From Candidatus Poribacteria bacterium (GTDB lineage: Bacteria; Poribacteria; WGA-4E; PCPOR2b): a DNA stretch of 64,000 nucleotides. The DNA lies in the NCBI GenBank assembly GCA_965218095.1, contig OZ244587.1, positions 4,384,001 through 4,448,000 on the forward strand, read 5' to 3'. Made by a program: the position numbers and the translations under genes. This document shows positions 9,806 through 20,902 of the stretch, one piece after another. Under the pieces are notes generated by a model. It searched no databases. It had not been told where the DNA came from and saw only the letters and a list, made by a program, of their open reading frames with translations. The stretch's first letter is position 1; every line of letters starts with the position of its first letter.

Positions 9806-10342
9806 ATGAATCAACTCACCAAAGCTGATGTTCTCAGGTGCCTTCAGCGGGGCGAATCATTTGTTGGAGAAGATTTGACAGATATTGACTTATCTGGGGC
9901 ATCTGCTGATTTGACTGAAGTAAACTTCAATGATGCGAATCTTTCCAACGCAAATTTTTCAGGGACAGTAATGAAAAGAGTTTTCCTCGTTGGCGCGAAT
10001 TTAACCGATGCCAATTTTGAAGGCGCAGACCTTGAAGGCGCATTTCTCAGCGGTGCGATTCTTTCCGGCACAAATTTCAGAGGCGCGAATTTACGCCGTG
10101 CCACTATTGGCGCTCCGCATTGGACTGTCCCGGATCCGTTTGGCAGCCTGACAAGTTTTGAAAATGCAAACCTCGAAGAGGCAATTTTTGGTGAAACTGT
10201 GATGAAGGGTGTTATACTGCTTGGCGCTAAATTGAAAGGCGCCTATTTATACGAAGTGGATCTTTCCGAAGCAGTGTACAAACCTTCAGACCTTGAAGGT
10301 GCTGTCATCAAAAAAGTGTTCCAAGAATCGATCTGGGATTGA
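9806..10342 (+). CDS. Pentapeptide repeat protein
   Basis: Repeated A(N/D)(L/F)xx units. ATG at 9806 follows GGAGG. Confidence 0.9.
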   Translation: MNQLTKADVLRCLQRGESFVGEDLTDIDLSGASADLTEVNFNDANLSNANFSGTVMKRVFLVGANLTDANFEGADLEGAFLSGAILSGTNFRGANLRRATIGAPHWTVPDPFGSLTSFENANLEEAIFGETVMKGVILLGAKLKGAYLYEVDLSEAVYKPSDLEGAVIKKVFQESIWD

Positions 10343-10515
10343 ACACTCACCAGAGATTCTGTTTTATCATTGGGTGTTGTGACTGTGTATTGGCAACACC
10401 CATTGCTAACGCGGCGCAGAATATATTTGACCATCATTGAGACGTTTATTCGCTCGATTAAGTTTACAAATAAGCTGCAAGAAAACTCCTATCCCTTAAT
10501 CTTGACGAATCGCGA

Positions 10516-12369
10516 TTATCGCACAGAGTCGCCGCTTAGCCGAAATTGCATCTGGCACAGCTTTCGGTATAGCCCACCCTTTTCTAACAACTCCTGATGT
10601 GTGCCGCTTTCGACGATTTCCCCATCGTTCAGGACAAGAATTCTGTCTGCATGAACGACGGTCGAAAGTCGGTGCGCAATAACAAAGGTTGTCCTTCCTT
10701 TCATCAGGTTTGCAAGGGAGGCTTGGACAAGAACCTCCGATTCGCTGTCGAGTGCTGAAGTGGCTTCATCAAGCACAAGAACGCGAGGGTCTTTCAAAAG
10801 GGCGCGTGCAATCGAGAGGCGTTGCTGCTGGCCACCTGATAACTTAACGCCCGATTCACCAATCTGCGTTTCATACCCTTTGGGCATTTGAATAACGAAA
10901 TCGTGCACATTCGCTTGTTGGGCGGCTTTAATTGCCCCTTCGCGTGTCGCTGCCGGTGCACCATACATGATGTTCTCCATCACGGTTCCATCAAATAGGA
11001 TCGTATCCTGTGGCACAATCGCGATCTGCTGCCTGAGGGTATCCAACGCCACTTTGGAGGCAGGAATCCCGTCAATTAGAATCTCGCCGGCATCCACTTC
11101 GTAGAAACGCGACAGCAAATTGAGTAACGTTGTTTTCCCACTTCCACTCGGACCGACCAGCGCGACAACTTCGCCCGGTTTGACATGAAAACTGATATGT
11201 TTTATGACCGGCTCGCGCTCGTATCCGAAGGAGACATCCCGGAATTTAACCTCGCCACGAACTGACGGTAGCTTCAGTTGTTTGTTGCGCTTGTGCGCCT
11301 CTTGCTCAAAATCGAGGACGTGGAAAATTCTTTCAGCAGAAGCGAGACTCTGTTGCAGGACATTGTTGAAGTATCCAATGGTTTTGATCGGCTTAAACAT
11401 CAGGCTGATTAGTGCAATATAACCGATGAACCAGCCGGTTGATAGCTCACCTTGAATAACCTGCCAACAGCCAAGCCCAAAAACGGTTGCGATACCGATC
11501 GCACTGATCAGCTCCACGAGCGGTGGCACCATCGCTGCAAGTCGCACACGCCGCATAGCAATGCGATACTGCCCCTTGTTTGTGGTGGCAAAGCGATCAC
11601 GTTCTACTTCCTCGGCAGTAAAACTCTTGATAATCTTGAGCCCGAAGATTGTCTCTTTCAGTTGCGAGGAGATATCCGCCATCCGCTGTTGGATTTCCGA
11701 ACTTGTGCCGCGGATACGTTGACCAAATCGGTTAATCAGATGGGCGAGCAATGGAAAAACAAGCAGCGCAAGCACCGTCATCTTGAAACTGTGGAATAGC
11801 ATGACTAAGACACAGACGGGGATGAAGACAGTTGCGCGAATGATGTTTGCCATCGATCCAATGGCATATTGCCATGTCCGGACATCATCTATGACGCGTG
11901 CCATCAAATCACCGGTCCGATACGCCGTCAGTACCCCCAAAGGCGCAAAAAGGATTCTTTCGTATAACTCGTTCCGAACTCGGGTTATCAATTGATGTCC
12001 AACACGCGACATTAAGTAATCGTTGCAGTAAGTAAATACCCCTTTAATCACGACGAGCGTAAGGAAGCCCGCCAATACCCAACCAACAAGTTTGAAGGCA
12101 CCCCTTGCATCTGTAATGGTAATTTCGACACCATCGAAAATGGTAATTTCGACACCATTGAAGGCCGTTTCAAAATGGAAATATTCAATCTGAATGGGCC
12201 CATCTTCAAAACGCCGGGTTTCAATCAGCTTGAGCGCATCAGTTGTATACACTAAAACGTGAACGTAGCCCATTTCGCAGAGGGCAATCACGAGCGCACA
12301 AACTAATGCCAATGCAATCGAACCGAGATACGGCGATAGATACTTTGCGAAACGTGAGAATGTGGACAT
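10516..12369 (-). CDS. ABC exporter, fused TMD-NBD (MsbA-like)
   Basis: Multiple TM helices, GPSGSGKT, LSGGQQQR, LVLDEATSALD, IAHRLST. Confidence 0.92.
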   Translation of the reverse strand: MSTFSRFAKYLSPYLGSIALALVCALVIALCEMGYVHVLVYTTDALKLIETRRFEDGPIQIEYFHFETAFNGVEITIFDGVEITITDARGAFKLVGWVLAGFLTLVVIKGVFTYCNDYLMSRVGHQLITRVRNELYERILFAPLGVLTAYRTGDLMARVIDDVRTWQYAIGSMANIIRATVFIPVCVLVMLFHSFKMTVLALLVFPLLAHLINRFGQRIRGTSSEIQQRMADISSQLKETIFGLKIIKSFTAEEVERDRFATTNKGQYRIAMRRVRLAAMVPPLVELISAIGIATVFGLGCWQVIQGELSTGWFIGYIALISLMFKPIKTIGYFNNVLQQSLASAERIFHVLDFEQEAHKRNKQLKLPSVRGEVKFRDVSFGYEREPVIKHISFHVKPGEVVALVGPSGSGKTTLLNLLSRFYEVDAGEILIDGIPASKVALDTLRQQIAIVPQDTILFDGTVMENIMYGAPAATREGAIKAAQQANVHDFVIQMPKGYETQIGESGVKLSGGQQQRLSIARALLKDPRVLVLDEATSALDSESEVLVQASLANLMKGRTTFVIAHRLSTVVHADRILVLNDGEIVESGTHQELLEKGGLYRKLCQMQFRLSGDSVR

Positions 12370-12530
12370 TGGAGATTGTTCAAAAACTCGTGAGCCTTCT
12401 CAACATATTGTGTTGCATTCTGAATCTCAGGAAATTCAGATCTATGTTTACGAAAGAGCTCAAACGCATTCTGGACCCCAGATCGCTTATTGGTTGCAGC
12501 CCAGATTTTATTTCTGCTGAGAATTAGCAC
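12369..12530 (-). pseudogene. Fragment resembling a polymorphic-toxin C-terminal domain
   Basis: KIWAATNKRSGVQNAFELFRKHRSEFPEIQNATQYVEKAHEFLNN resembles, from memory, NAFxHWxKHxxEFPExQNAxQYVE of CdiA/RHS-type tips. Truncated by the ABC exporter start. Confidence 0.45.
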
Positions 12531-13243
12531 CTTTCCGCAATCGTTATGAGTCGCCTCGACCCCATCAGAAACGGGCTGTAGTTAAAGTCGCCGTACATCG
12601 CACACACCTTTAGGCCTGCTGATGCTAACATGTCTTTCAACTCCGTCGGAAAGTAGAACCGAATGCGATTGACCGACTCACGAATCTCGCCGGTGGGGAG
12701 GTCTATCACGGTTCGATAGTCAGAAAGCCGTCCAGATTCCGGATCGTATTCTACCTCCGCGAGTGCTAGGAGCGATTCGGATATCCACCACCAGTTGCGC
12801 GTGCGATCCAATTGAAGCACCGCGTAAGGATTCCAGTGATCTAGCAAAAATTTCCCGCCGGGCTTGAGGGCTGCCGCAACCGCTGTAATAACCCTTTTAT
12901 TGTCATTATCTTCAAAAAAACCGAAGCTGGTAAAAAGATTAATGACAGCGTCACAGGCTGGCTTCAAGGGGATATGGCGCATGTCGCCTTCAATGAGATG
13001 TACGCGACTGTTGCTTGAGAATGCGTTTCTTTGCGCCTCCGTTAAGAGAAAACGGGAGCTATCTAAGCCGACGACCCTCAGTCCTCTGTCTGCCAAGAGT
13101 TGTCCATGTCGCCCCTGACCACAGCAGAGATCTAAAACAGTCGCCTCTCGCAGGAGTCCAAGCGCCTCACAGATGAACTCGACCTCTTCTGCTGTTTCCG
13201 CTTCCGAAGGGAGTTCGGAAAGGAGATAGGTTTTATCCCACAT
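12524..13243 (-). CDS. Class I SAM-dependent methyltransferase
   Basis: VLDLCCGQGRH, GDMR, DAVINLFTSFGFF. Confidence 0.92.
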   Translation of the reverse strand: MWDKTYLLSELPSEAETAEEVEFICEALGLLREATVLDLCCGQGRHGQLLADRGLRVVGLDSSRFLLTEAQRNAFSSNSRVHLIEGDMRHIPLKPACDAVINLFTSFGFFEDNDNKRVITAVAAALKPGGKFLLDHWNPYAVLQLDRTRNWWWISESLLALAEVEYDPESGRLSDYRTVIDLPTGEIRESVNRIRFYFPTELKDMLASAGLKVCAMYGDFNYSPFLMGSRRLITIAERC

Positions 13244-13332
13244 TGTGCGTAAAACCCGTCCATAAGTTTTGGTAGCTGAGACCTGACCCTGTCAGGTCTG
13301 GCGGTGGCGAATATTTTATGTCCACATACATA

Positions 13333-14379
13333 TTACATTCTGTACCGTCCAAACTGGAGGGTTTTTGTCTTGGCTGCCGCCCTCGCCTTGCACCGTATTT
13401 TCAACTGCTTGGCACTGAAATCCACGGCGTCGATAACTCCAATTGAAATCGTTTTACCTGATGCGTCGAGTAACCCGACTAGGCACCGCTCAAAATATTC
13501 GGAAGTTTCGGCGACCAAATCCTTCAAACTAAAATAGCTTTTCAGTTGTGCTTGGATTAGACTCGGCAGTACATCTGGTGTGATCAGCGCCAACGATCGG
13601 TGTCCCCATTCCGCATAAAAAACACGGTCATCGACAAAATTGGAAAGAATTTCCTGTTCTTTTGGGTTCGCCTGCCGCCCATTGAAGAATGGAGTTCTTT
13701 GTCCACGAATCTGATCAAAAGGCAATGTCCCCTGGACGCAGTCTGAAAAGTAGTGCGCGAAACTCAACTCACGGTACCTCCTACGGAATTCGTCGCTCTT
13801 GGAAGTGACGCGCCTATGAGGCGAAAGGCGATGTGTCTGTATTGTATCGGCGCCCCCGAAGGGGGCAACAATTGCCTCCAACTCGCGTGACCGACGGAGG
13901 CAAATCAGGTGATTCGGCTTGACTACCTCGATCTTGTGTTGTTTGAGAACAATTGCGGGCATCCCTTCGACATAACCTGTCGTGTCAATCACGATGAAAT
14001 CGGCGTCCGCCTCAAGGGCAGCGTCAACCATCAAGCGGGTACCGGTGACGCATTGCAGCAGGTGGTGTTCCGGCGAAGTCCAGCCCACGAAGTAAAGGGC
14101 GTCTGCCTCGCCAGCAAGCTGTTCCGCACTTTGCGCCGGCATATTTGGTGCGAGAATCTCTAACCCGATCGTGGTTGGCGGCCCAATCTGCGATTGCCCC
14201 ACATCCGCATCGACGAAGCCAACCTTCAGCCCACTTGTCACGCCCCGTTCAACGAGAAACCGGCAGAACGTCGATTTACCGACATCTGGTGCACCGATAA
14301 CCAGTACAATCTGTTGGGGTTGTACGACGTTTCGGGCAAGGCGTTCCCAATCATGGTTCGGTTGGTAGAGATCTGCCAT
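13333..14379 (-). CDS. Clp1/Grc3-like polynucleotide 5'-OH kinase
   Basis: GAPDVGKST P-loop, DADVGQSQIGPP, IVIDTTGYV, and an R-rich lid (FRRRYRE). Confidence 0.85.
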   Translation of the reverse strand: MADLYQPNHDWERLARNVVQPQQIVLVIGAPDVGKSTFCRFLVERGVTSGLKVGFVDADVGQSQIGPPTTIGLEILAPNMPAQSAEQLAGEADALYFVGWTSPEHHLLQCVTGTRLMVDAALEADADFIVIDTTGYVEGMPAIVLKQHKIEVVKPNHLICLRRSRELEAIVAPFGGADTIQTHRLSPHRRVTSKSDEFRRRYRELSFAHYFSDCVQGTLPFDQIRGQRTPFFNGRQANPKEQEILSNFVDDRVFYAEWGHRSLALITPDVLPSLIQAQLKSYFSLKDLVAETSEYFERCLVGLLDASGKTISIGVIDAVDFSAKQLKIRCKARAAAKTKTLQFGRYRM

Positions 14380-14435
14380 TTCTTTACAGGGCTATTAACG
14401 TGACCGGATAATCTGAAAAGGCTCATCTCGAGACT

Positions 14436-16007
14436 TCAATCTGCTAGGAGGGCTTCAATCAGCCAAATTAATGGCTGACCGCTTATAAGATTCGCCCCAC
14501 TAAAACTGTATTGCCAAATGCCAGCTTTATCTATGAGAATAAAAAATGGTATTCCTTCAATCCCATAAGCCTTCCCCACTTCCCGATGAGGGTCGAGCAA
14601 AATTGGCCATGGTGGGTGATGCTCCTCCAAAAATTTCCGCACGTGTTCAGGAGTTTCACCATCATTGATTCCCCAGATAGCAACATCATTACTCTGGCTG
14701 AATTGATCGTAGACAATCTTGATTTGCGGAATTGCCATGTTACATGGGCCACACCAAGAAGCCCCAACATCAAGCAAAAGGACCTTTCCACACATTGCCG
14801 ATAGTGTGTATGTTTCTCCTTCCAATGTTTCTAAACAGAAGTCCGTTGCTTTCTTATTAAGCCTGTTCATCACGGTTTTCTGACGGATTTTTTCGCGGTC
14901 AGCAACTTCTCGAATCCGGTATTCAGCTTCGGCGTTTTTGAGGAAGACCTCAAACGTATCGGTAGCCCCTCGCTGTATCTGATAATAGACGCGTTCCAAC
15001 CCCGCCTGACCTTCCATGTGAGGGGTAGGCGCAAAGTGTGCATCGGCATAGTAGCGTATGGATTTTTCCCACTCTCTTATTCCTTCTGCTGACCGTCCTA
15101 ACATCCAGAAGTAATTTATAGTACTCTCGTTGAACCTTTCCGATAGTGATTCTAAATAATCCGGCGCGTTTGCTGCAAGTCCATCATGAGATTCTCTCCA
15201 TCGTTCCTGCCGGAGGTAGATTTCACAGCGCAAACGCGCGATGTCCTTGTGTGCTCCTTCTACAGATTCGTCGTTGTGTTCGACAAGCCACTCCTGTTCC
15301 TCTTTTTCCCCTAATCTAACTTCAGCACACTCTAATATTTCCAATGCTTTGTCCAATCGGTTGTTGAACTTGAGCCGCCATCTAACCGCTTCAGTATAAG
15401 CCCATCCGAACCACTGTTGTGTATCTTGGCAATAAGAAAGGTGTGCTTTCAAAAACCGGTCGAGGAGTTCGTCAAGTAGGTCATCGCTTGCCAGAGATTT
15501 ATCTTCCTCGGCTAACCACAGCAGTTGTTCATGCCCCAACAAATACCATGATAATCCTGGGACATCTGAGGCGGTACACTCATCAATGAAGTGCTGGTAA
15601 TAGTGCTACTTTTGACATGCATCTTGGCTCCGTCCGGCTAACCCTAACAATGCGTTCTGATAAACTCTGGTTCTGGGGTATTGCAACATTCTATCGAACA
15701 AACTGCTGGGGACATTCTTTGCGCCACCGGGAAGGGACCTATATCCCCCGTAGGCAGCCTCCAATACTTCCGGGGTTTCTGGGTGTGTCCTCAGCAGAGA
15801 TTCGATTTCAGAGCAAATCTTTTTCCTTGCCTCCTCCTCTGAAAACATTCCGGCTATCAGTCTCCATCGGGAACCACAAGCTTTCAAGTCTACTGGATTG
15901 GATTCCAGTGCACGTGCACTAATCTCTAGAGCCTTATCGAATTTACCGGACTGATAGTGTTTTTCAATTTGCGCCACCAAATTCTGTTAATGATTATCAT
16001 CTGACAT
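14436..16007 (-). pseudogene. Helical/TPR-like protein with C-terminal TlpA thioredoxin domain, two in-frame stops
   Basis: Single frame from ATG 16007 (GGGAGG RBS), broken by TAA 15987-15989 and TAG 15606-15608. C-terminal ASWCGPC...GIPFFILIDK. Confidence 0.78.
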
Positions 16008-16099
16008 TCGTCTGCCTCCCTTCAGGCGTTCGCAGGAAGTTCTTGGAATGTACACATATAGGGCCATGCATAAATCGCTCATATGCCGAGCAGCCGGCG

Positions 16100-16960
16100 C
16101 TAAAAATGGAGTTCATACCGGAAAGTGACACCGGCGTTATCAAGCAATTTATCTAAACTTCGCTCGCCCGTAGCCCCTAATAGCCTTTCGAGCAAAGAGA
16201 CTTTGCGCTTGGCGCGAACCACCTTCGGCTTGCCCGAAATGCCACCAAGCGTTCCTGCAAGCTCAATCGCATCCGGCAAATTACCCAGCCGATCTACTAG
16301 TTTATGTTCCAGTGCCTGCTGTCCCGAGAAAATTCGGCCGTCGGCAAGCGCAACGATCTCTTCTCGTGTCAAGTGTTCCTGACGCCCCTCAAATATGGCA
16401 TTGACGAACTGATTATGCACATCATCAATCGTTGCTTGCAGAAGTGCACGTTCCTCAGCAGTGAGATCCCGCACAGGTGAACCCGTATCCTTGAACCTGC
16501 CACTTTTAACAACCTGCTGCTCTAATCCAACCTTTTCGTAGAGCCCTTCCATCTTTATGAACTGCATGATCACCCCAATGCTACCCGTCAGGGTGCCGGG
16601 GTTTGCGACGATTTGATTGGCAGCGGAAGCGATATAATACCCACCTGACGCCGCTGTGCTCCCCATCGACGCGACAATCGGTTTTTTCAATTTTCTCAGT
16701 TCGCCGTAGATCTCCTGGACGGGGGCGACACTGCCGCCGGGAGAGTTAATACGCAGGACAACTGCCTTGACACTCTGCTCGTCCCGGTATTGATGGATGA
16801 GATCGATAATTGTCCCCCCGTTTGAAATGGCACCAACGATATTGATGACCGCAACTTTTTCTCCAATTGGGGTGCGACGTACCAGTGTCCGAACAATCAG
16901 CACCAGCAACAGCAGCCCAACAGCAATGATTAGAATGAGGAACAGTTTTTTTCGACTCAT
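16100..16960 (-). CDS. sppA: Signal peptide peptidase SppA (36K type)
   Basis: N-terminal TM, RINSPGGS, AASGGYYIA, GSIGVI, KSGRFKD. Start MSRKK at 16960. Confidence 0.93.
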   Translation of the reverse strand: MSRKKLFLILIIAVGLLLLVLIVRTLVRRTPIGEKVAVINIVGAISNGGTIIDLIHQYRDEQSVKAVVLRINSPGGSVAPVQEIYGELRKLKKPIVASMGSTAASGGYYIASAANQIVANPGTLTGSIGVIMQFIKMEGLYEKVGLEQQVVKSGRFKDTGSPVRDLTAEERALLQATIDDVHNQFVNAIFEGRQEHLTREEIVALADGRIFSGQQALEHKLVDRLGNLPDAIELAGTLGGISGKPKVVRAKRKVSLLERLLGATGERSLDKLLDNAGVTFRYELHF

Positions 16961-17233
16961 GGTATCTGCAAATAGGCAAATCAACGAATCGGTGGTTGAG
17001 TTTATGGATTTGACACCGCTGCGAATCCTGAAGTTCCCACACGGACGGAGACACTGACGCCGCTGTGCCCCCACGACGAAGGGCCAGGATAGCTAGCAAT
17101 GCCAAGTAAGCGAAAAGCACTAGCGGAGCAATCCACACCTGGCTTTTGTTTAGTCTCATTTTTTCCCGCAAAGCCTCAACCTTAGCCTTTAAGGAAGCGG
17201 TTGCAAGAATTATATAACAAGTCATGAAACCCG

Positions 17234-17452
17234 TTACTCATTATTCCCCGGCAGTTCAGCTTCATCGATCAGCATTACAGGGATACCGTCACGAATCGGG
17301 TAGCGACGCTTGCATTCACCGATACAAATCAACTTCTGATTGTCCTGATTATACTCAATATCGCCCTTGCAAGCAGGACATGTGAGGATTTCAAGTAATT
17401 CGCTGTTAATTGCTTGTGCTTGTGAACCCAAAGGACTCCTCCATAATTGCAT
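17234..17452 (-). CDS. Trm112/YcaR family protein
   Basis: LLEILTCPACKG...YPIRDGIPVMLIDEA. Start uncertain. Confidence 0.88.
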   Translation of the reverse strand: MQLWRSPLGSQAQAINSELLEILTCPACKGDIEYNQDNQKLICIGECKRRYPIRDGIPVMLIDEAELPGNNE

Positions 17453-17617
17453 AACCGTTCACTTGAGGGGAAGAAACCGAGTTTTTCACACAGGAAAATG
17501 CTTTTGTTCCGGAAACCTCTCTGTTGTCTTCTGATTAGAGACGGGTCGGCCAAAAAATTCGGTTTCTGTTCTACCGTCTGGGCACTTACAGATTTTTTAC
17601 GTTTCACGCTTTACGTT

Positions 17618-20545
17618 CTATCCACCATGACACCTTTTGTATTTTTTACCGCTCCCACAGGGACATGGATCGTTGCGGCCAATCTTCGGGAGCTCGCCAG
17701 TTGCTTGACGGGAGGCGAATTCAGCGGTATTACTACTGGCTGACTGCCTATCAGATGCTCCTGCAATGGCTCCATGTGTTCTCGCGGCGGCACCACGACG
17801 GGACGCACGCCGAGGAAGAGCGCGTTGGGGGGCTGCTGTCTCGATACGTGCTTTGAAGATGTATTCGCTGACCTCCTCTTCAATTCGTCGGTACATCGCT
17901 TCAAAGACGCTGAAGGCTTCATTTTTGAAAACGACAATCGGATCTTTGCCAGCATAGCCACGCAGATAAATTCCCTCTTCGATGTAATCGATATTGTACA
18001 GATGGTCTTTCCAGTGGTGATCGATTCGGTCAAGAAGAATCAGCCGCTCAAGGGTACGCGTCAATTCTGAACCCATTTCGGCTTCACGCTGTTCGTAAAG
18101 CTGGCGTAGCAATTTTAGGAGGTATTCTCGCAGTTCAGCCCGACTCATGTTCAATGGACGCTGTAAATCCACCGCATCGATAGTGAAGGTATTCGCCTGC
18201 CAGGTCTTGAAACCTTCAATCATCCCGTCGTAAATATTTAGCCTGTCCTCTTCTTTCCTGATAACGTATGTGTTCTGATTCTCATCATCGGAAATCAGCC
18301 ACTCGCTGCCTTTCTTTTGGCCCGAAACGATGGCGTTTTGGGACAGAGCAAGTCCATTGGCTTCAAGTTCCCCCGACAAATCCGTCGAGATTGGGTCGTT
18401 ACTGTCTAACTGATTTTGGAATTCTGGGCGAATGCTGAGTAACTTCCCGTCATTGATATGCTCGGGTAAATGTTCCTCAAGGTAATCATCCAACACATTT
18501 TCGATCATTTCCCAAACTGTCTCTTTGAGGTCGTTACCCTCCAAAATGCTATCGCGCAAACCGTAGATGCTTTGACGTTGCGAATTCATCACGTCGTCAA
18601 ACTTGAGCCGATTCTTTCGCATCTCGAAGAAAACTTGCTCAACCCGCTTCTGCGCTTTTTCAATCGCTTTGGTCACTGCTCCGTGTTCAATTGGTATATC
18701 TTCTTCCATGCCCAACCGATCCATGATACCAGATAAGCGCTCAGATCCAAACTTCCGCATCAAGTCATCTTCGAGCGAGAGGTAGAAGCGAGACGCCCCC
18801 GGGTCGCCTTGCCGACCGGAACGCCCACGCAATTGATTATCAATCCGCCGCGCTTCATGCCGCTCTGTAGCGACGATATGCAGGCCACCTGCCTTCAGCA
18901 CCTGTTCACGATTTGGGGTGCAAACGGCTTCAGCTTCAGCAAGTGCCGCTTTCCACTCTGCTGAATCCTCGTCAACAGTGGACGGGTCTATTTTCTTCTT
19001 CCGAAGGATCTCTTTCGCCATACCCTCCGGATTCCCGCCGAGCAAGATGTCCACGCCGCGGCCTGCCATATTTGTCGCGATTGTCACGGTGCCGGGGACA
19101 CCCGCTTGGGCGATGATTGTCGCTTCACGGGTGTGTTCTTTGGCGTTCAGCACTTGATGTTTTATATCGCGCCGTTTTTTGCGGAGCATCTGACTCAATT
19201 TTTCAGAATTTTCGATTGAAATTGTCCCAACAAGCACGGGGCGTCCCTGCTCATGCTGTTCGATAATGTCCTCGAGAACCGCCCGGTATTTCGCTGCCTC
19301 CGTCTTATAGATCACGTCCGGGTGATCTATCCGAATCATCGGTTCGTTTGTGGGGACGACGACGACATCCAATCCATAGACATGCGCAAATTCGGCGGCT
19401 TCTGTCTCAGCTGTGCCTGTCATGCCTGCCAACTTCTCGTACATCCGGAAATAGTTTTGATAAGTGATTGACGCACCGGTTTGGTTTTCCTGCTTAATCC
19501 GCACATGCTCTTTGGCTTCGAGGGCTTGATGGAGGCCTTCGCTGAATCGCCTGCCTTCCTGCAATCGTCCCGTAAATTCATCGACAATGATGACCTCCCC
19601 GGCCTGCACGACATAGTCCACGTCACGTTTGTAAAGGGTGTGTGCAATCAGCGCCTGATTGACGTGATGCACCAGGTTCATGCTTTCGTGACCGTAGAGA
19701 TCTTCTAGCCCTAGAAGGCGTTCTATCTCTTCCACTCCTTCCTCTGTCAGCGCGACGGTGCCGCGTTTACTGCTTTTTTCGTCGCGCTCATAATGCCTTT
19801 CATCTTTCAGTCGCCGTGTTGCGGCGTCGATTTTTTTATACAGTTCGACCGGCTCCCCTTGTGGTTCAGCAATAATCAACGGGGTCCGAGCTTCATCGAT
19901 CAGGATGCTATCGACTTCATCAACGATTGCGTAGTGGTGTCCGCGCTGTACCTTGTCTTCAAGCGCTCGCCCTTTATTATCCCACAGGTAATCAAAACCG
20001 AATTCGCTGTGCACGCCGTAAGTCACGTCCGATTTATATCCGAGTTTTTTCAAATCATGGGGCAAACCGCTGTAAGTTAATCCAACCGTCAGCCCAAGGA
20101 AGGTGTAGACGTGTCCCATCCATTCTGCGTCACGCTTGGCAAGGTAATCATTGACAGTCGCAACATGGACCCCTGTTCCCCCTAGCGCATTCAGATAGAC
20201 AGAAAGCGTCGAGGTCAGGGTTTTCCCTTCACCGGTTTTCATTTCGGCAATGTTCCCGCGATGGAGCGCGATTCCACCCATGAGTTGGACATCGTAATGA
20301 CGCTGCTCCAAAGTCCGCACCGCGGCTTCACGCACAACAGCAAACGCTTCCGGCAAGAGATCATCAAGTGGTTCTCCCGCATCCAACCTTTCGCGAAAGT
20401 GCGGCGTTTTTGATTGGAGTTCTGCATTAGATAAACGCTGCATCTGTGGCTCCAATTGATTGATTCTCTCCACGATTGGTTGGAGCCGCTTCATATCCCG
20501 GTCTTGTTTACTGCCGAAAACCTTAGTTAAAACTTTTTGAAACAT
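17618..20545 (-). CDS. secA: Protein translocase ATPase SecA
   Basis: [44 protein letters not shown]-terminal [19 protein letters not shown]. Confidence 0.98.
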   Translation of the reverse strand: MFQKVLTKVFGSKQDRDMKRLQPIVERINQLEPQMQRLSNAELQSKTPHFRERLDAGEPLDDLLPEAFAVVREAAVRTLEQRHYDVQLMGGIALHRGNIAEMKTGEGKTLTSTLSVYLNALGGTGVHVATVNDYLAKRDAEWMGHVYTFLGLTVGLTYSGLPHDLKKLGYKSDVTYGVHSEFGFDYLWDNKGRALEDKVQRGHHYAIVDEVDSILIDEARTPLIIAEPQGEPVELYKKIDAATRRLKDERHYERDEKSSKRGTVALTEEGVEEIERLLGLEDLYGHESMNLVHHVNQALIAHTLYKRDVDYVVQAGEVIIVDEFTGRLQEGRRFSEGLHQALEAKEHVRIKQENQTGASITYQNYFRMYEKLAGMTGTAETEAAEFAHVYGLDVVVVPTNEPMIRIDHPDVIYKTEAAKYRAVLEDIIEQHEQGRPVLVGTISIENSEKLSQMLRKKRRDIKHQVLNAKEHTREATIIAQAGVPGTVTIATNMAGRGVDILLGGNPEGMAKEILRKKKIDPSTVDEDSAEWKAALAEAEAVCTPNREQVLKAGGLHIVATERHEARRIDNQLRGRSGRQGDPGASRFYLSLEDDLMRKFGSERLSGIMDRLGMEEDIPIEHGAVTKAIEKAQKRVEQVFFEMRKNRLKFDDVMNSQRQSIYGLRDSILEGNDLKETVWEMIENVLDDYLEEHLPEHINDGKLLSIRPEFQNQLDSNDPISTDLSGELEANGLALSQNAIVSGQKKGSEWLISDDENQNTYVIRKEEDRLNIYDGMIEGFKTWQANTFTIDAVDLQRPLNMSRAELREYLLKLLRQLYEQREAEMGSELTRTLERLILLDRIDHHWKDHLYNIDYIEEGIYLRGYAGKDPIVVFKNEAFSVFEAMYRRIEEEVSEYIFKARIETAAPQRALPRRASRRGAAARTHGAIAGASDRQSASSNTAEFASRQATGELPKIGRNDPCPCGSGKKYKRCHGG

Positions 20546-20586
20546 GAAACATCATCACCCTTTACATTTTACAAATTTTTAAATTG

Positions 20587-20847
20587 TAGGACTTACGCAG
20601 TTGAACATTTGAAACCTTGTAGTTCGGCGATTTATCGACAGAAAACACAACTCCCGATCCCGTTGCGTTGGTTGGATTATTCTAATCCTTACAACATCGT
20701 GGATTCACGGTAGGGAACGCAGATCTGCGTTCCCTACAGAATTGTGGGTGCTAGGTCTCGTCAGTCCCAATGGAGTATCGGGCGAACGAGACCGGCACCT
20801 GGTGTCCCATGAGTCGGGCAACTACTATCTGAAGTGCGTAAGTCTTA
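20587..20847. mobile_element. MITE, TAGGASTTACGCA-end family, with internal palindrome
   Basis: TAGGACTTACGCA and TGCGTAAGTCTTA ends, AATTG on both flanks. Internal perfect palindrome GTAGGGAACGCAGATCTGCGTTCCCTAC (20710-20737). Confidence 0.78.
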
Positions 20848-20902
20848 AATTGTCTAATCCTACTCACGTTTGACGTTTGACACACGATTTAGTTACATCT
20901 CA

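Noticed and set aside
16961-17225. Small hydrophobic ORF upstream of sppA
   Set aside because: It has one TM-like stretch but runs out of frame deep into sppA, so it cannot be supported.
18230-18445. Intein in SecA
   Set aside because: No Cys/Ser start or His-Asn end, and too short.
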